Shown here: piece by piece, positions 18,252-27,115 of the stretch
How the letters are laid out: the number at the start of each line of letters is the position of its first letter
How positions within the stretch are numbered: position 1 is the stretch's first letter
DNA from: Candidatus Aenigmatarchaeota archaeon
Lineage (GTDB): Archaea; Aenigmatarchaeota; Aenigmatarchaeia; QMZS01
Assembly (NCBI GenBank): GCA_023134135.1
Contig: JAGLVB010000012.1
Location: 4,072-68,071 of the forward strand
Reading direction: 5' to 3'
DNA: 64,000 bases
Translations under genes and position numbers: made by a program
Notes under the pieces: model-generated
What the model saw: the letters and a program-made list of their open reading frames with translations, nothing else
Told to the model about the DNA's origin: nothing
Databases searched by the model: none

Positions 18252-18638
18252 ATGACAAAAATAAATGAAATATATAAATGCGAAATCTGCGGCAACGTTG
18301 TTTCAGTTATTGATTCAGGAGTTGGAGAATTAATATGTTGCGGTCAGGCAATGAAACTTCTTGAAGAAAACACTATGGATGCAGAAGGCAATGAAAAACA
18401 TGTTCCTATTGTGGAAATTTATGATGGGGGTGTGAATGTAAAGGTCGGTTCTATCCCCCATCCAATGGAAGAAAACCATTACATCTGTTTAATCCAATTG
18501 GTGAAGGATGGCAAAGTATTGACTGGAAGAAGACTTAATCCCGGGGAAAAACCAGAAGTTAGTTTCTGCCTTCCGGACACAGAAGGAATCACAGCAAAAG
18601 CATTATGCAATGTTCACGGACTCTGGAAATCTGAATAA
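18252..18638 (+). CDS. dfx: desulfoferrodoxin (2Fe superoxide reductase)
   Basis: Desulforedoxin domain CEICGNVV...CCG, then EKHVP, HPMEENHYI and CNVHGLW. Start moved from the TTG at 18228 to ATG 18252. Confidence 0.85.
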   Translation: MTKINEIYKCEICGNVVSVIDSGVGELICCGQAMKLLEENTMDAEGNEKHVPIVEIYDGGVNVKVGSIPHPMEENHYICLIQLVKDGKVLTGRRLNPGEKPEVSFCLPDTEGITAKALCNVHGLWKSE

Positions 18639-18720
18639 ATTCAGTTTTGTTATTTATTTGTTCTTTAAATTATGAAATATTTAATAATCTGCGTTAATTT
18701 AATTTCAGGGTTCCCTTAAG

Positions 18721-19677
18721 ATGATCCTTTTCTGGATGGGGTTTTTTATAATAAGTTTATTGATTTTAATTAAATCCTCTGATTATTTTACTGACTCTAC
18801 CGAAAAAATAGGAATTCATTTTGGGATATCGGCTTTTATTGTTGGGGTCACAATTGTTGCAATTGGGACTTCGCTTCCTGAACTGATTTCGTCCATTATT
18901 GCTGTATGAATGAATTCTTCTGAAATAGTTATCGGGAATGTGATTGGTTCAAATATCTGCAATATATTTCTTGTTTTGGGACTTGCGGCAATATTCTCTA
19001 AAAAAACAATTAAAATCGGTTATGAACTAATTCATGTTGATTTGCCTTTTCTTGTTGGTTCCTCATTTTTACTCGCGGTAACTATCTGGGACGGAATTTT
19101 CACCTCCTCTGAAGCGCTATTATGCCTTGCCTGCTTAATTATCTTTGTGCACTACACAATCAACACCGGACAAACTCATGAAAGCCCAGAGATGAAAAAA
19201 GAAATGAAACCCAAACCCAAAAAAAGTAAACTGGATAATAAAACCGTGTTAATTCTTATTGTAAGTTCTGTTTTTATTTATCTTGGGGCAAACTATATAA
19301 TTGAATCTGTTATTAAATTGTCAGAACTTCTCGGTATAGGTAAAGAACTAATTGCAATAAGCGCTGTGGCTCTTGGAACCTCTCTTCCTGAACTCATGGT
19401 TACTGTTAGCGCGGCGAGAAAAGGAAAACCTGAGATGGCAATAGGCAATATACTTGGGTCAAATATATTCAATACCTTTGCTGTAATGGGGATTCCGGCT
19501 TTAATTGGAACTTTGATTATTCCCAAAAGCATACTGTCATTTGGTCTGCCTATGATGTTAATAGCAACAATAATGTATTTCTTCATAACACAGGATAAAG
19601 AGATTACAAAATGGGAAGGGTGGTTGCTTTTGATATTCTATGTTTTCTTTATTGGGAAATTGTTTGGGTTGTTGTAG
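18721..19677 (+). pseudogene. CaCA-family Na+/Ca2+ exchanger interrupted by one in-frame TGA (18907-18909)
   Basis: ORFs 18721-18909 and 18910-19677 share a frame. The stop falls inside the alpha-1 repeat GTSLPELISSIIAV*MNSSEIVIGNVIGSNICN. The second alpha repeat, GTSLPELMVT...GNILGSNIFN, is intact. Confidence 0.65.
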
Positions 19678-19722
19678 ATGATTTATATATAATATTGCCT
19701 TAAGATTAAAAAAGCATTTTTA

Positions 19723-20211
19723 TCATTTCTTTTGCCAAACGCCAATTTCTTCTCCTTTTAGAAGTCTATCAAGCATCTCCAATTCTTCATAAATTCCTTC
19801 AATTAAATCATAATTTTTCGCTTCTTCAATAGTTACCCAAGTATGTTCTGTGAGGGCCGGACAAAGTTTAATATTGCCTTCGTGATGGTCAGCAAAAAGG
19901 CTAACAATTATTGTTGGTATATTATCCGAACGTATATAAGAGAGACTTGTTAAATAACGAATATTTTTTAGAGTTAACCCAACCTCTTCCATAACTTCTC
20001 TTTTTAATACATCTTCAAAAATATTATACCAATGAGCAGAAGTGTCTTTTGGTCTTTTTATGTAATCATCCAGTTCTAATTTTCCTCCCGGAACAGTCCA
20101 CTGGTTTGGAAATGCTTTTTCAGTCGGCGCTCTTTTTGTAATCAAAAATTTCCCGTTTTTTACAATGATTCCGGTTACAACGAGATAATGCGCTTTTTTT
20201 GGATCATACAT
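19723..20211 (-). CDS. NUDIX hydrolase
   Basis: Nudix box GGKLE...LKREVMEEVGL. Confidence 0.85.
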   Translation of the reverse strand: MYDPKKAHYLVVTGIIVKNGKFLITKRAPTEKAFPNQWTVPGGKLELDDYIKRPKDTSAHWYNIFEDVLKREVMEEVGLTLKNIRYLTSLSYIRSDNIPTIIVSLFADHHEGNIKLCPALTEHTWVTIEEAKNYDLIEGIYEELEMLDRLLKGEEIGVWQKK

Positions 20212-20284
20212 AAAATTGTAAAATATTATAATTTAAATACTTTATTCTAACACCTGCTCGGCAGATTTATGGGATTTCTTATGA

Positions 20285-22355
20285 GTTTCAATCCTTATTT
20301 TACTGGACCTATTTCTAAAACCCAAAAGCAAAAGAAGAGAGGAAATACTCAAAGTAAGTTTCAATCCTTATTTTACTGGACCTATTTCTAAAACATTTCT
20401 TTTCTTTGCCACAAAATCAGAACCTTTAATGTTTCAATCCTTATTTTACTGGACCTATTTCTAAAACTTTTTTCCCAACCCTTTATACCTCTCATATTTT
20501 ATTGTTTCAATCCTTATTTTACTGGACCTATTTCTAAAACTTTCTTGACTTAATAGGAACCGACTTAATTCACAAGTTTCAATCCTTATTTTACTGGACC
20601 TATTTCTAAAACAAGTAATTCATTCCGGCAGAATAACCATCCTTTTAGTGTTTCAATCCTTATTTTACTGGACCTATTTCTAAAACTCTTTCTTTAGTGT
20701 TGAGATAATTCATAAAAGATAAGTTTCAATCCTTATTTTACTGGACCTATTTCTAAAACTAAACTCTTTATTTAAATGTCTTCCCACTCTGGACTGTTTC
20801 AATCCTTATTTTACTGGACCTATTTCTAAAACAGAATTGAGAGAACATATATACAAAGGAGTATTATTGTTTCAATCCTTATTTTACTGGACCTATTTCT
20901 AAAACAAGACCTCTTCCAAACTTTGCTATCTTATATTTCAGTTTCAATCCTTATTTTACTGGACCTATTTCTAAAACCCTAAAAGAATCAAAAAGAAATG
21001 TCTTAATTGTGGGTTTCAATCCTTATTTTACTGGACCTATTTCTAAAACATAACTTAATTTGTTTAGATTGTGCAAAAGAATTAAGTTTCAATCCTTATT
21101 TTACTGGACCTATTTCTAAAACTTCAGAACCTGATTGTATGGAAATAGTAGAACAAAGTTTCAATCCTTATTTTACTGGACCTATTTCTAAAACGAAGAA
21201 CCAAAAAAACCAAAAGAGGAAGAAAAGGTGTTTCAATCCTTATTTTACTGGACCTATTTCTAAAACTTTCAAGTTCAATAACCACTTTGTTAGTAATATC
21301 AAAGTTTCAATCCTTATTTTACTGGACCTATTTCTAAAACAGGATTACAATACCCGGACCAACAAGAGAAATTTAGTTTCAATCCTTATTTTACTGGACC
21401 TATTTCTAAAACTCGCTCTCTCGCTTTGTTTTTCGCTTGAATGGTCGTGTTTCAATCCTTATTTTACTGGACCTATTTCTAAAACTTTCTTTAATTGCAT
21501 TTCTAATTTCCTCTTCAGTTCTGTTTCAATCCTTATTTTACTGGACCTATTTCTAAAACTATATTTTGTCTTAGCTCTTCAAGATATTCAATAATATTTC
21601 AATCCTTATTTTACTGGACCTATTTCTAAAACATTTGGGTTTTATCCAAAACCTCTTCAGCTTTATTATTTCAATCCTTATTTTACTGGACCTATTTCTA
21701 AAACAACTCAGCGTACGAATACACTTTCGTATTATCCTATTTCAATCCTTATTTTACTGGACCTATTTCTAAAACAGATTTATATCATATGTTCCCGCTT
21801 TTTCAACCAAATTTCAATCCTTATTTTACTGGACCTATTTCTAAAACATGCACGTAAGAGCAGAGAAGCAAGCAATACACATATTTCAATCCTTATTTTA
21901 CTGGACCTATTTCTAAAACCTATTGACTATATATAAGAATAAAAATTAAACAAAATTTCAATCCTTATTTTACTGGACCTATTTCTAAAACAGGTTCTAT
22001 TGATGTAAGAACAGGTTCAATAGTAGTATTTCAATCCTTATTTTACTGGACCTATTTCTAAAACATATGGAAAGTGATGAAAGATGTTGTATTGATACAA
22101 ATTTCAATCCTTATTTTACTGGACCTATTTCTAAAACAAAAAAGTATTTCCTGTCTATAATCCCAACTTTGATATTTCAATCCTTATTTTACTGGACCTA
22201 TTTCTAAAACTTTAATTCCCTCTCCACTCCTGCTTCTCTAATACAGATTTCAATCCTTATTTTACTGGACCTATTTCTAAAACTTAAATTGTTCATTCAT
22301 AATATTCAACCCTCATATATTTCAATCCTTATTTTACTGGACCTATTTCTAAAAC
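20285..22355 (-). CRISPR. CRISPR array, 29 repeats of 37 nt, 28 spacers of 34-37 nt
   Basis: Plus-strand repeat is GTTTCAATCCTTATTTTACTGGACCTATTTCTAAAAC. Its reverse complement ends ATTGAAAC (canonical 8-nt 5' handle), so it is transcribed on the minus strand from the cas4 side. Repeats 19-29 (from 21596) begin with A instead of G. All spacers are unique. Confidence 0.97.
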
Positions 22356-22453
22356 AGCACCTGAAACTTCCTTTTCTTGCTGTTTCGGGCGATTTTAATT
22401 CGCCAATTTCCTCATATATAGTTTTTATCATTTTCTTTATAAAGACATGCAAA
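22356..22453 (-). promoter_or_regulatory. CRISPR leader
   Basis: 98-nt AT-rich segment between the cas4 stop and the first repeat. Contains a TTTATAAAG TATA-like box and hairpin GGCGATTTTAATTCGCC (22388-22404). Confidence 0.6.
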
Positions 22454-23038
22454 TTAGACGCAAATCCGCCTGTAACAACAATCAACACACCTCATCTTAT
22501 AACTTGTTTTTTTAGGATATAAACCTTTTTGAACAATATTTAAAACTTCATTTATAATTTCAATTGCTCTCTCAAAGTCTTTTTCTTTAAATTTAATCTC
22601 TTCTACCTTATTATTACTTCTAATATAACACACAAAACCTCTGTTAACTCCAATATTATAAACTTCCCTCATCATCAGACCGTACAAAATTGACTGGAAT
22701 TTGTGAGTTTTGTAAGTTGTTTTCTTAAATTCCGCAAATTTGAAATCAAATGGGGCGGCTGTGCCATCTTCAAGAAACAATGCCTGATCAACTTCTCCTT
22801 TGATATGATATTTTTCAGAAGACAAGTAAACCTCATCCTCTTTCCTTATACAGTTTAATTTTTTCCTCAGGTAATTCTTATTGAATTTCTCTTTTACTTC
22901 ATGTATTTCTCTTCCTTTCAGAACTTTATATCTTTTCTCCTCATGCTGCGGAATCCCAAGACAATAGATAAAATATACAAATCTGGGGCAGAATAAATAT
23001 TCAATAACATCCGAAACATTTATAAAGGCATCCCCCAT
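22454..23038 (-). CDS. cas4: Cas4 (RecB-like nuclease with 4-Cys cluster)
   Basis: N-terminal YLFCPRFVYF and C-terminal CVDCCYRRIC cysteines. Adjacent to cas2 and the array. Confidence 0.9.
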   Translation of the reverse strand: MGDAFINVSDVIEYLFCPRFVYFIYCLGIPQHEEKRYKVLKGREIHEVKEKFNKNYLRKKLNCIRKEDEVYLSSEKYHIKGEVDQALFLEDGTAAPFDFKFAEFKKTTYKTHKFQSILYGLMMREVYNIGVNRGFVCYIRSNNKVEEIKFKEKDFERAIEIINEVLNIVQKGLYPKKTSYKMRCVDCCYRRICV

Positions 23039-23325
23039 TAAATAAACTTGGTAAGTATCTTATCACTAACAAGTTCCCTATCAAAGGATTTCCCTATTAA
23101 TTTTGCTTTTTTGAAGTCCTCTTCGCACATCGGGAAAATATACACAGAATCTTCGTCTTCTATTAGTTCTTCGCATCTCAAACCCAATTCGTCTATCTCG
23201 TTTTTGTTTATGTCTCCAAGAAAAGCGCTCATCTGCACCCTGTATAATCCATAGTTTTTGCAGAATTTCGCAATATTATTTCTGATTCTATCCTCAGAAA
23301 TATCATAGATTACCCAGACCAGCAT
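23038..23325 (-). CDS. cas2: Cas2
   Basis: 95 aa, MLVWVIYDIS...YGLYRVQMSAFLG...SVYIFPM ferredoxin-like pattern. TAATG overlap with cas4. Confidence 0.9.
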   Translation of the reverse strand: MLVWVIYDISEDRIRNNIAKFCKNYGLYRVQMSAFLGDINKNEIDELGLRCEELIEDEDSVYIFPMCEEDFKKAKLIGKSFDRELVSDKILTKFI

Positions 23326-23326
23326 A

Positions 23327-24652
23327 TTAAAATTTAATTAACAAAAATAACCATACAGGTATGAAATACAGATTGTTTTTAAACTCAAAAATATCTCTTG
23401 TAACTATTATTCCAAAATCGCAATTATATTCTTTCATGAAAGTCCTAATATTTTCCAGTTCTTTATTTTGAATTCTGCTTTTGTATTTTACCTCAACAGG
23501 CACAATTTTTTCATTATTTACAATAACATCAATCTCCTGATCTTTTTTATTTCTCCAGTAAGACAGATTGAAATATCTGTTCAGGTGGTTGTATACAAGA
23601 GTCTCAGCTTTAAATCCAACATCAATAGGATGCAGGGCTTCGAATGAAATATCCGCAATGTATATTTTTGGATTCTTTTTAATTTGTTTGGAATCTGAAA
23701 AAGCGTAAGATTTCTTAATCAGGTAGCTGGTATTCAGATAAGAAATATAAGTTTTAAGAGTTTCATGTTTAATGCCATATAATTTTGTGAGATTATCAAA
23801 ATTAATTATATTGCTGGTGTTCTTCACAAAATAAACAAACAGGGATTCCAGCACATCAATTCTTTTTACTTCAAATAAATTCACAATATCCCTGTAAAAA
23901 GTCAGATAAGTTATTGTTTTTAGTTTTTCTTTTAGGTGTTTTTCATCTTCGTAAGTTCCCGCAAAACCCCCGAATTTGAAATATTTGTTGAAATATATTT
24001 TTAGTTTTTCAGAGTTAATTAAAACATTATTTAGTTTTTTGGAACTTTTGTTTAAATCTGAAATATTTAATTCAGGGGAATCAATATTTATCTTGTTGTA
24101 TTTCAAAAATTCATGGAATGAGAAAGGGTGGAGTTTTTTTATGGATATTCTTCCAACTAAACTTTCTCCCGCTCCTTTCAGGAGATACATACTTGAAGAA
24201 CCGGATATTACAAATTTTAGTTTTTTTGTTTTATCATAGAAATTTTTTATCTGGCTGCTCCAGTTTTCAATATGCTGGGTTTCATCAAAAAATATGTAAA
24301 CTGTGTTTTTTAGTTCTGTCAGGGATTCTTCCAGTTGGGTTTCCAGATAAATATCAATAAGATAGTTTATAATTCTTTCCTCTTTGTATACATAAGGGTC
24401 ATCAAATGAGAAATAGAAAATCCTTTTTGGATTAACGCCTTTTTTTATCAGGTTGTCTATGGATTGCATCATAATCGTTGTCTTGCCGACCTGTCTCAAA
24501 CCTGTAATTGCGCATATTTCCTGTTTTTTCAGGGTTTCCTTAATTTCTTTATAAATATCTCTTTCTATGAGGTTTTTGTCTAAATCAACTTTTCCGGTCT
24601 GCCACCAGGGATTGCTTCTTGCAATCTCCTTTATAAATTCTGTTTTGTCCAT
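23327..24652 (-). CDS. AAA+ ATPase with C-terminal PD-(D/E)XK-like domain (COG1373/DUF4143-type)
   Basis: NPWWQTG, Walker A GLRQVGKTT, Walker B IFFDETQ, C-terminal EIDVIV...VPVEVKYK. The stop lies 1 nt from the cas2 ATG. Confidence 0.8.
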   Translation of the reverse strand: MDKTEFIKEIARSNPWWQTGKVDLDKNLIERDIYKEIKETLKKQEICAITGLRQVGKTTIMMQSIDNLIKKGVNPKRIFYFSFDDPYVYKEERIINYLIDIYLETQLEESLTELKNTVYIFFDETQHIENWSSQIKNFYDKTKKLKFVISGSSSMYLLKGAGESLVGRISIKKLHPFSFHEFLKYNKINIDSPELNISDLNKSSKKLNNVLINSEKLKIYFNKYFKFGGFAGTYEDEKHLKEKLKTITYLTFYRDIVNLFEVKRIDVLESLFVYFVKNTSNIINFDNLTKLYGIKHETLKTYISYLNTSYLIKKSYAFSDSKQIKKNPKIYIADISFEALHPIDVGFKAETLVYNHLNRYFNLSYWRNKKDQEIDVIVNNEKIVPVEVKYKSRIQNKELENIRTFMKEYNCDFGIIVTRDIFEFKNNLYFIPVWLFLLIKF

Positions 24653-24681
24653 TATTTAGTTAGTATTTATATATAAAAAGG

Positions 24682-24733
24682 ATTCCGTTGCAGTGGAATT
24701 AAAACAGGGAATAAGTTCCGTTGCAGTGGAATT
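24682..24733 (-). promoter_or_regulatory. tandem dyad-symmetric repeats upstream of the ATPase-cas2-cas4 TATA box
   Basis: TTCCGTTGCAGTGGAATT occurs at 24683-24700 and 24716-24733 (33-bp period, stem TTCC/GGAA). A TATA-like TTTTTATATATAAA lies between them and the ATG at 24652. Confidence 0.5.
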
Positions 24734-24819
24734 GGCTAAATTCTTGAAATTGTTCCAAATCCTCTTGAGACTGATTTTTTAAATTTGAAAGACTTATAAC
24801 AATAATTCATCTAAGAACA

Positions 24820-25632
24820 TTATACATCCACCCATAATTCTTCCACAATATCTCTTCCTTTCAATATCTTACCTTCTTTTATTAATTTCACAAAATAAGG
24901 CTCTTTTTTAATTTTTTGGCTAAAACCTAATTTTGATAAAATATTAAGATGTAATTTTGAATAAGGGCTCTTATCTACTATTTCTTCTATTCTTTTTTTA
25001 TCTTGTGGTATATCAACCACCACAAATATATCAGTATCACTATATTTATCATATTCTGGGGTGATGCTAGAACCATATTGTATTATAATTCTAACAGACT
25101 TTTCATTTAAAAGGTATTTCATCAAATCAATTTTTTCAAAAGAAACAAGTTGTGCTGAAATTTCCTGTAATAAATTATTAATCTTGCTCTCATTTAGCTT
25201 ATATTCTACAGGTTTCTGTGAAATTCTAGCTACAATTTTTTGTTTTTCAAGCTCTTTTAATGCGTCTATTATAATAGGTTTCGAATATTTTAATTTCACA
25301 GCTATTACTTCCAAAGTTATTACTATATCTGGTTTAAAACAAGAAAGAACTTTGATAACACGTTTTTTCATAAAAATATCAATAAACTCTGTTCGATTGA
25401 TAGATAATAACAACAATTCATTAAATTTACTCACCAGAAGATTATCTAAATTATAATCAACAATATATTTTTTATTCTCCTTAACTCGTTTTATAAATCC
25501 TTTGTGCTCTAATCTTCCTAAAAGTTTAGATATGTATGATTTTGAATATTTGAATAACTCTCTAATTTCTTTTTGTGTTTTTCTACCATGCATCAAAAGA
25601 TATAACAATATCTTAATTTCCTTTAAAGACAT
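24820..25632 (-). CDS. double winged-helix protein fused to a nucleotidyltransferase domain
   Basis: N-terminal wHTH (KTQKEIRELFKYSKSYISKLLGRLEHKGFIKRV) and a second wHTH (IIIDALKELEKQKIV). C-terminal QYGSSITPEYDKYSDTDIFVVVD matches the NTase GS..DxD motif. Confidence 0.7.
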   Translation of the reverse strand: MSLKEIKILLYLLMHGRKTQKEIRELFKYSKSYISKLLGRLEHKGFIKRVKENKKYIVDYNLDNLLVSKFNELLLLSINRTEFIDIFMKKRVIKVLSCFKPDIVITLEVIAVKLKYSKPIIIDALKELEKQKIVARISQKPVEYKLNESKINNLLQEISAQLVSFEKIDLMKYLLNEKSVRIIIQYGSSITPEYDKYSDTDIFVVVDIPQDKKRIEEIVDKSPYSKLHLNILSKLGFSQKIKKEPYFVKLIKEGKILKGRDIVEELWVDV

Positions 25633-25643
25633 AATTAACTTTT

Positions 25644-25671
25644 AGGAAACTTATATATATAAAGGTTTCCT
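25644..25671 (-). promoter_or_regulatory. inverted repeat bracketing a TATA-like box upstream of the wHTH-NTase gene
   Basis: AGGAAAC-ttatatatataaag-GTTTCCT lies 12 nt upstream of the ATG at 25632. Confidence 0.45.
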
Positions 25672-25677
25672 TTTTCT

Positions 25678-26130
25678 TTACTTTTGTTCTAATAAAACTA
25701 ACATTTTCTTGCCTTCTGAAGTTAAACAAAACATATTATCATTTATAAAGAGATATTTACAAAATTTTATACAATCCAGTATCTCTTTTATCCGAGCTTC
25801 ATTTTCATTATTAAAATGATGTAAGATCTGTTTATAATTCTTTGATTCGTTCAAGAATCTCATCAATTTATAAAATAATAGATCTTGACGATTACTTAAT
25901 TTCTTTTTTCCTTTTATAATATTTTCTATTCTCTTACAAAACTTTTTCTTTGTACCAATTTCAGATTCTTTCCTAACATATTCTTCATTTAAATTTGCTT
26001 TTTTTATTATACTCGTGGCTTCTTCGTGATATAATTCTGCTTCAGGATTATCTTCAGAATATATAAGTTTGTGCATCTCTGCATTTTCTAATAGACTTTT
26101 TGCTTTCTTCACCGATTTCTTCTTTGACAT
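25678..26130 (-). CDS. small Lys-rich protein with probable C-terminal winged helix
   Basis: 150 aa with a C-terminal ...YKQILHHF...IKEILDCIKFCKYLFINDNMFCLTSEGKKML wHTH-like pattern. Overlaps the cas5 3' end by 77 nt in another frame. Confidence 0.5.
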   Translation of the reverse strand: MSKKKSVKKAKSLLENAEMHKLIYSEDNPEAELYHEEATSIIKKANLNEEYVRKESEIGTKKKFCKRIENIIKGKKKLSNRQDLLFYKLMRFLNESKNYKQILHHFNNENEARIKEILDCIKFCKYLFINDNMFCLTSEGKKMLVLLEQK

Positions 26131-27115
26131 TTATTAACACCTTTTTTATTTTTAAAATAACTGATGAAATTGCTGTTTCAGTCAAATCTTTTTTAACACC
26201 TTTACTAACTAAACGCAAGCAATCATAATATTTTACCTTTTTTAGATTTTTAGTTAGCTCTATTTGAGTGAGACTTTGATGTAAATATAGATTAATTGAA
26301 ATAATTGTCCTCAACATATATAATATAAGTTTTGCTTTTTCTTGATTAGTAATATTTTTTGATTTACTAGCAATAATACCTTCTTCTATTTCGGATAATC
26401 TTTTTGAAATAGACAATTTATCAATTTGAACATCTTTCCAAGGCAAGGCAACATATTTTTTTAATCCTCTAGCTCTAATCATTACACAATTTTTACAAAT
26501 AGCATTTTCTATCACCGGATATGGAAACATATTTATCATTACACCCCTCATTACATTGGAAACTAAGGGATCAACTGGATGATTAACTAAACATATATCC
26601 ACAGTTTTTTTTGGTTCGTATCCTTTTTCATTTATTCTTAATTTTGCTTTTCCTCTAAAACTCCCCAATCTAATAATTAATTGTTTTTCTATTTTCTTTT
26701 CTTCATTGTCTACAATTATATATCCTTCAAATTCTGTTTCTGGTGCAATAGAAAATAGTTGCGATGATTTTAATACCTCTGCTTTTCCAGTTGAACTGCC
26801 ATAACCTCTAACTAAAAAACCATCTGAATCTCCTTTAACAGTTTCAGAAATATAATTTACATTTCCTTTGATTCTTGCTGGAGTGAGATAAAATCCCAAA
26901 TCTTTTATAAAAGAATTTTTATATCTTGGTGTATTTCTACCACCATTTTCTTCAGAAATTATATATGGTTGGTTTATTTCTTTTCCTAAAGCATAAACAA
27001 CAGCATGATTTATTGCGGTAGCATGTAAATATTTTGGTGTTATTGCTCCAGCCAACCCTTCACGAGAGTAAAACAAAGGGTCTAAAAGTTTTATTGTATA
27101 TTTAAATATTATCAT
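26054..27115 (-). CDS. cas5: Cas5 (Csc1-like, type I-D) with ~110-aa C-terminal extension
   Basis: N-terminus LLDPLFYSREGLAGAITPKYLHATAINHAVVYALG is Csc1/RAMP-like. Sits directly downstream of csc2 with a TAATG overlap. Confidence 0.7.
   Translation of the reverse strand: MIIFKYTIKLLDPLFYSREGLAGAITPKYLHATAINHAVVYALGKEINQPYIISEENGGRNTPRYKNSFIKDLGFYLTPARIKGNVNYISETVKGDSDGFLVRGYGSSTGKAEVLKSSQLFSIAPETEFEGYIIVDNEEKKIEKQLIIRLGSFRGKAKLRINEKGYEPKKTVDICLVNHPVDPLVSNVMRGVMINMFPYPVIENAICKNCVMIRARGLKKYVALPWKDVQIDKLSISKRLSEIEEGIIASKSKNITNQEKAKLILYMLRTIISINLYLHQSLTQIELTKNLKKVKYYDCLRLVSKGVKKDLTETAISSVILKIKKVLINVKEEIGEESKKSIRKCRDAQTYIF

Noticed and set aside
18907-18909. Genome-wide TGA reassignment as an explanation for the in-frame stop in the CaCA gene
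   Set aside because: TGA serves as the stop in several well-supported genes with ATGA start/stop overlaps (10515-10518, 15887-15890, 37893-37896, 54697-54700).
21007-21594. 195-aa ORF in the track
   Set aside because: It lies entirely within the CRISPR array. Its periodic FNPYFTGPISKT / SILILLDLFLK peptides are translations of the repeat.
22289-22522. ORFs 22289-22522 (+) and 22306-22488 (-)
   Set aside because: They span the last repeat and the leader and run into the cas4 3' end. No independent support.
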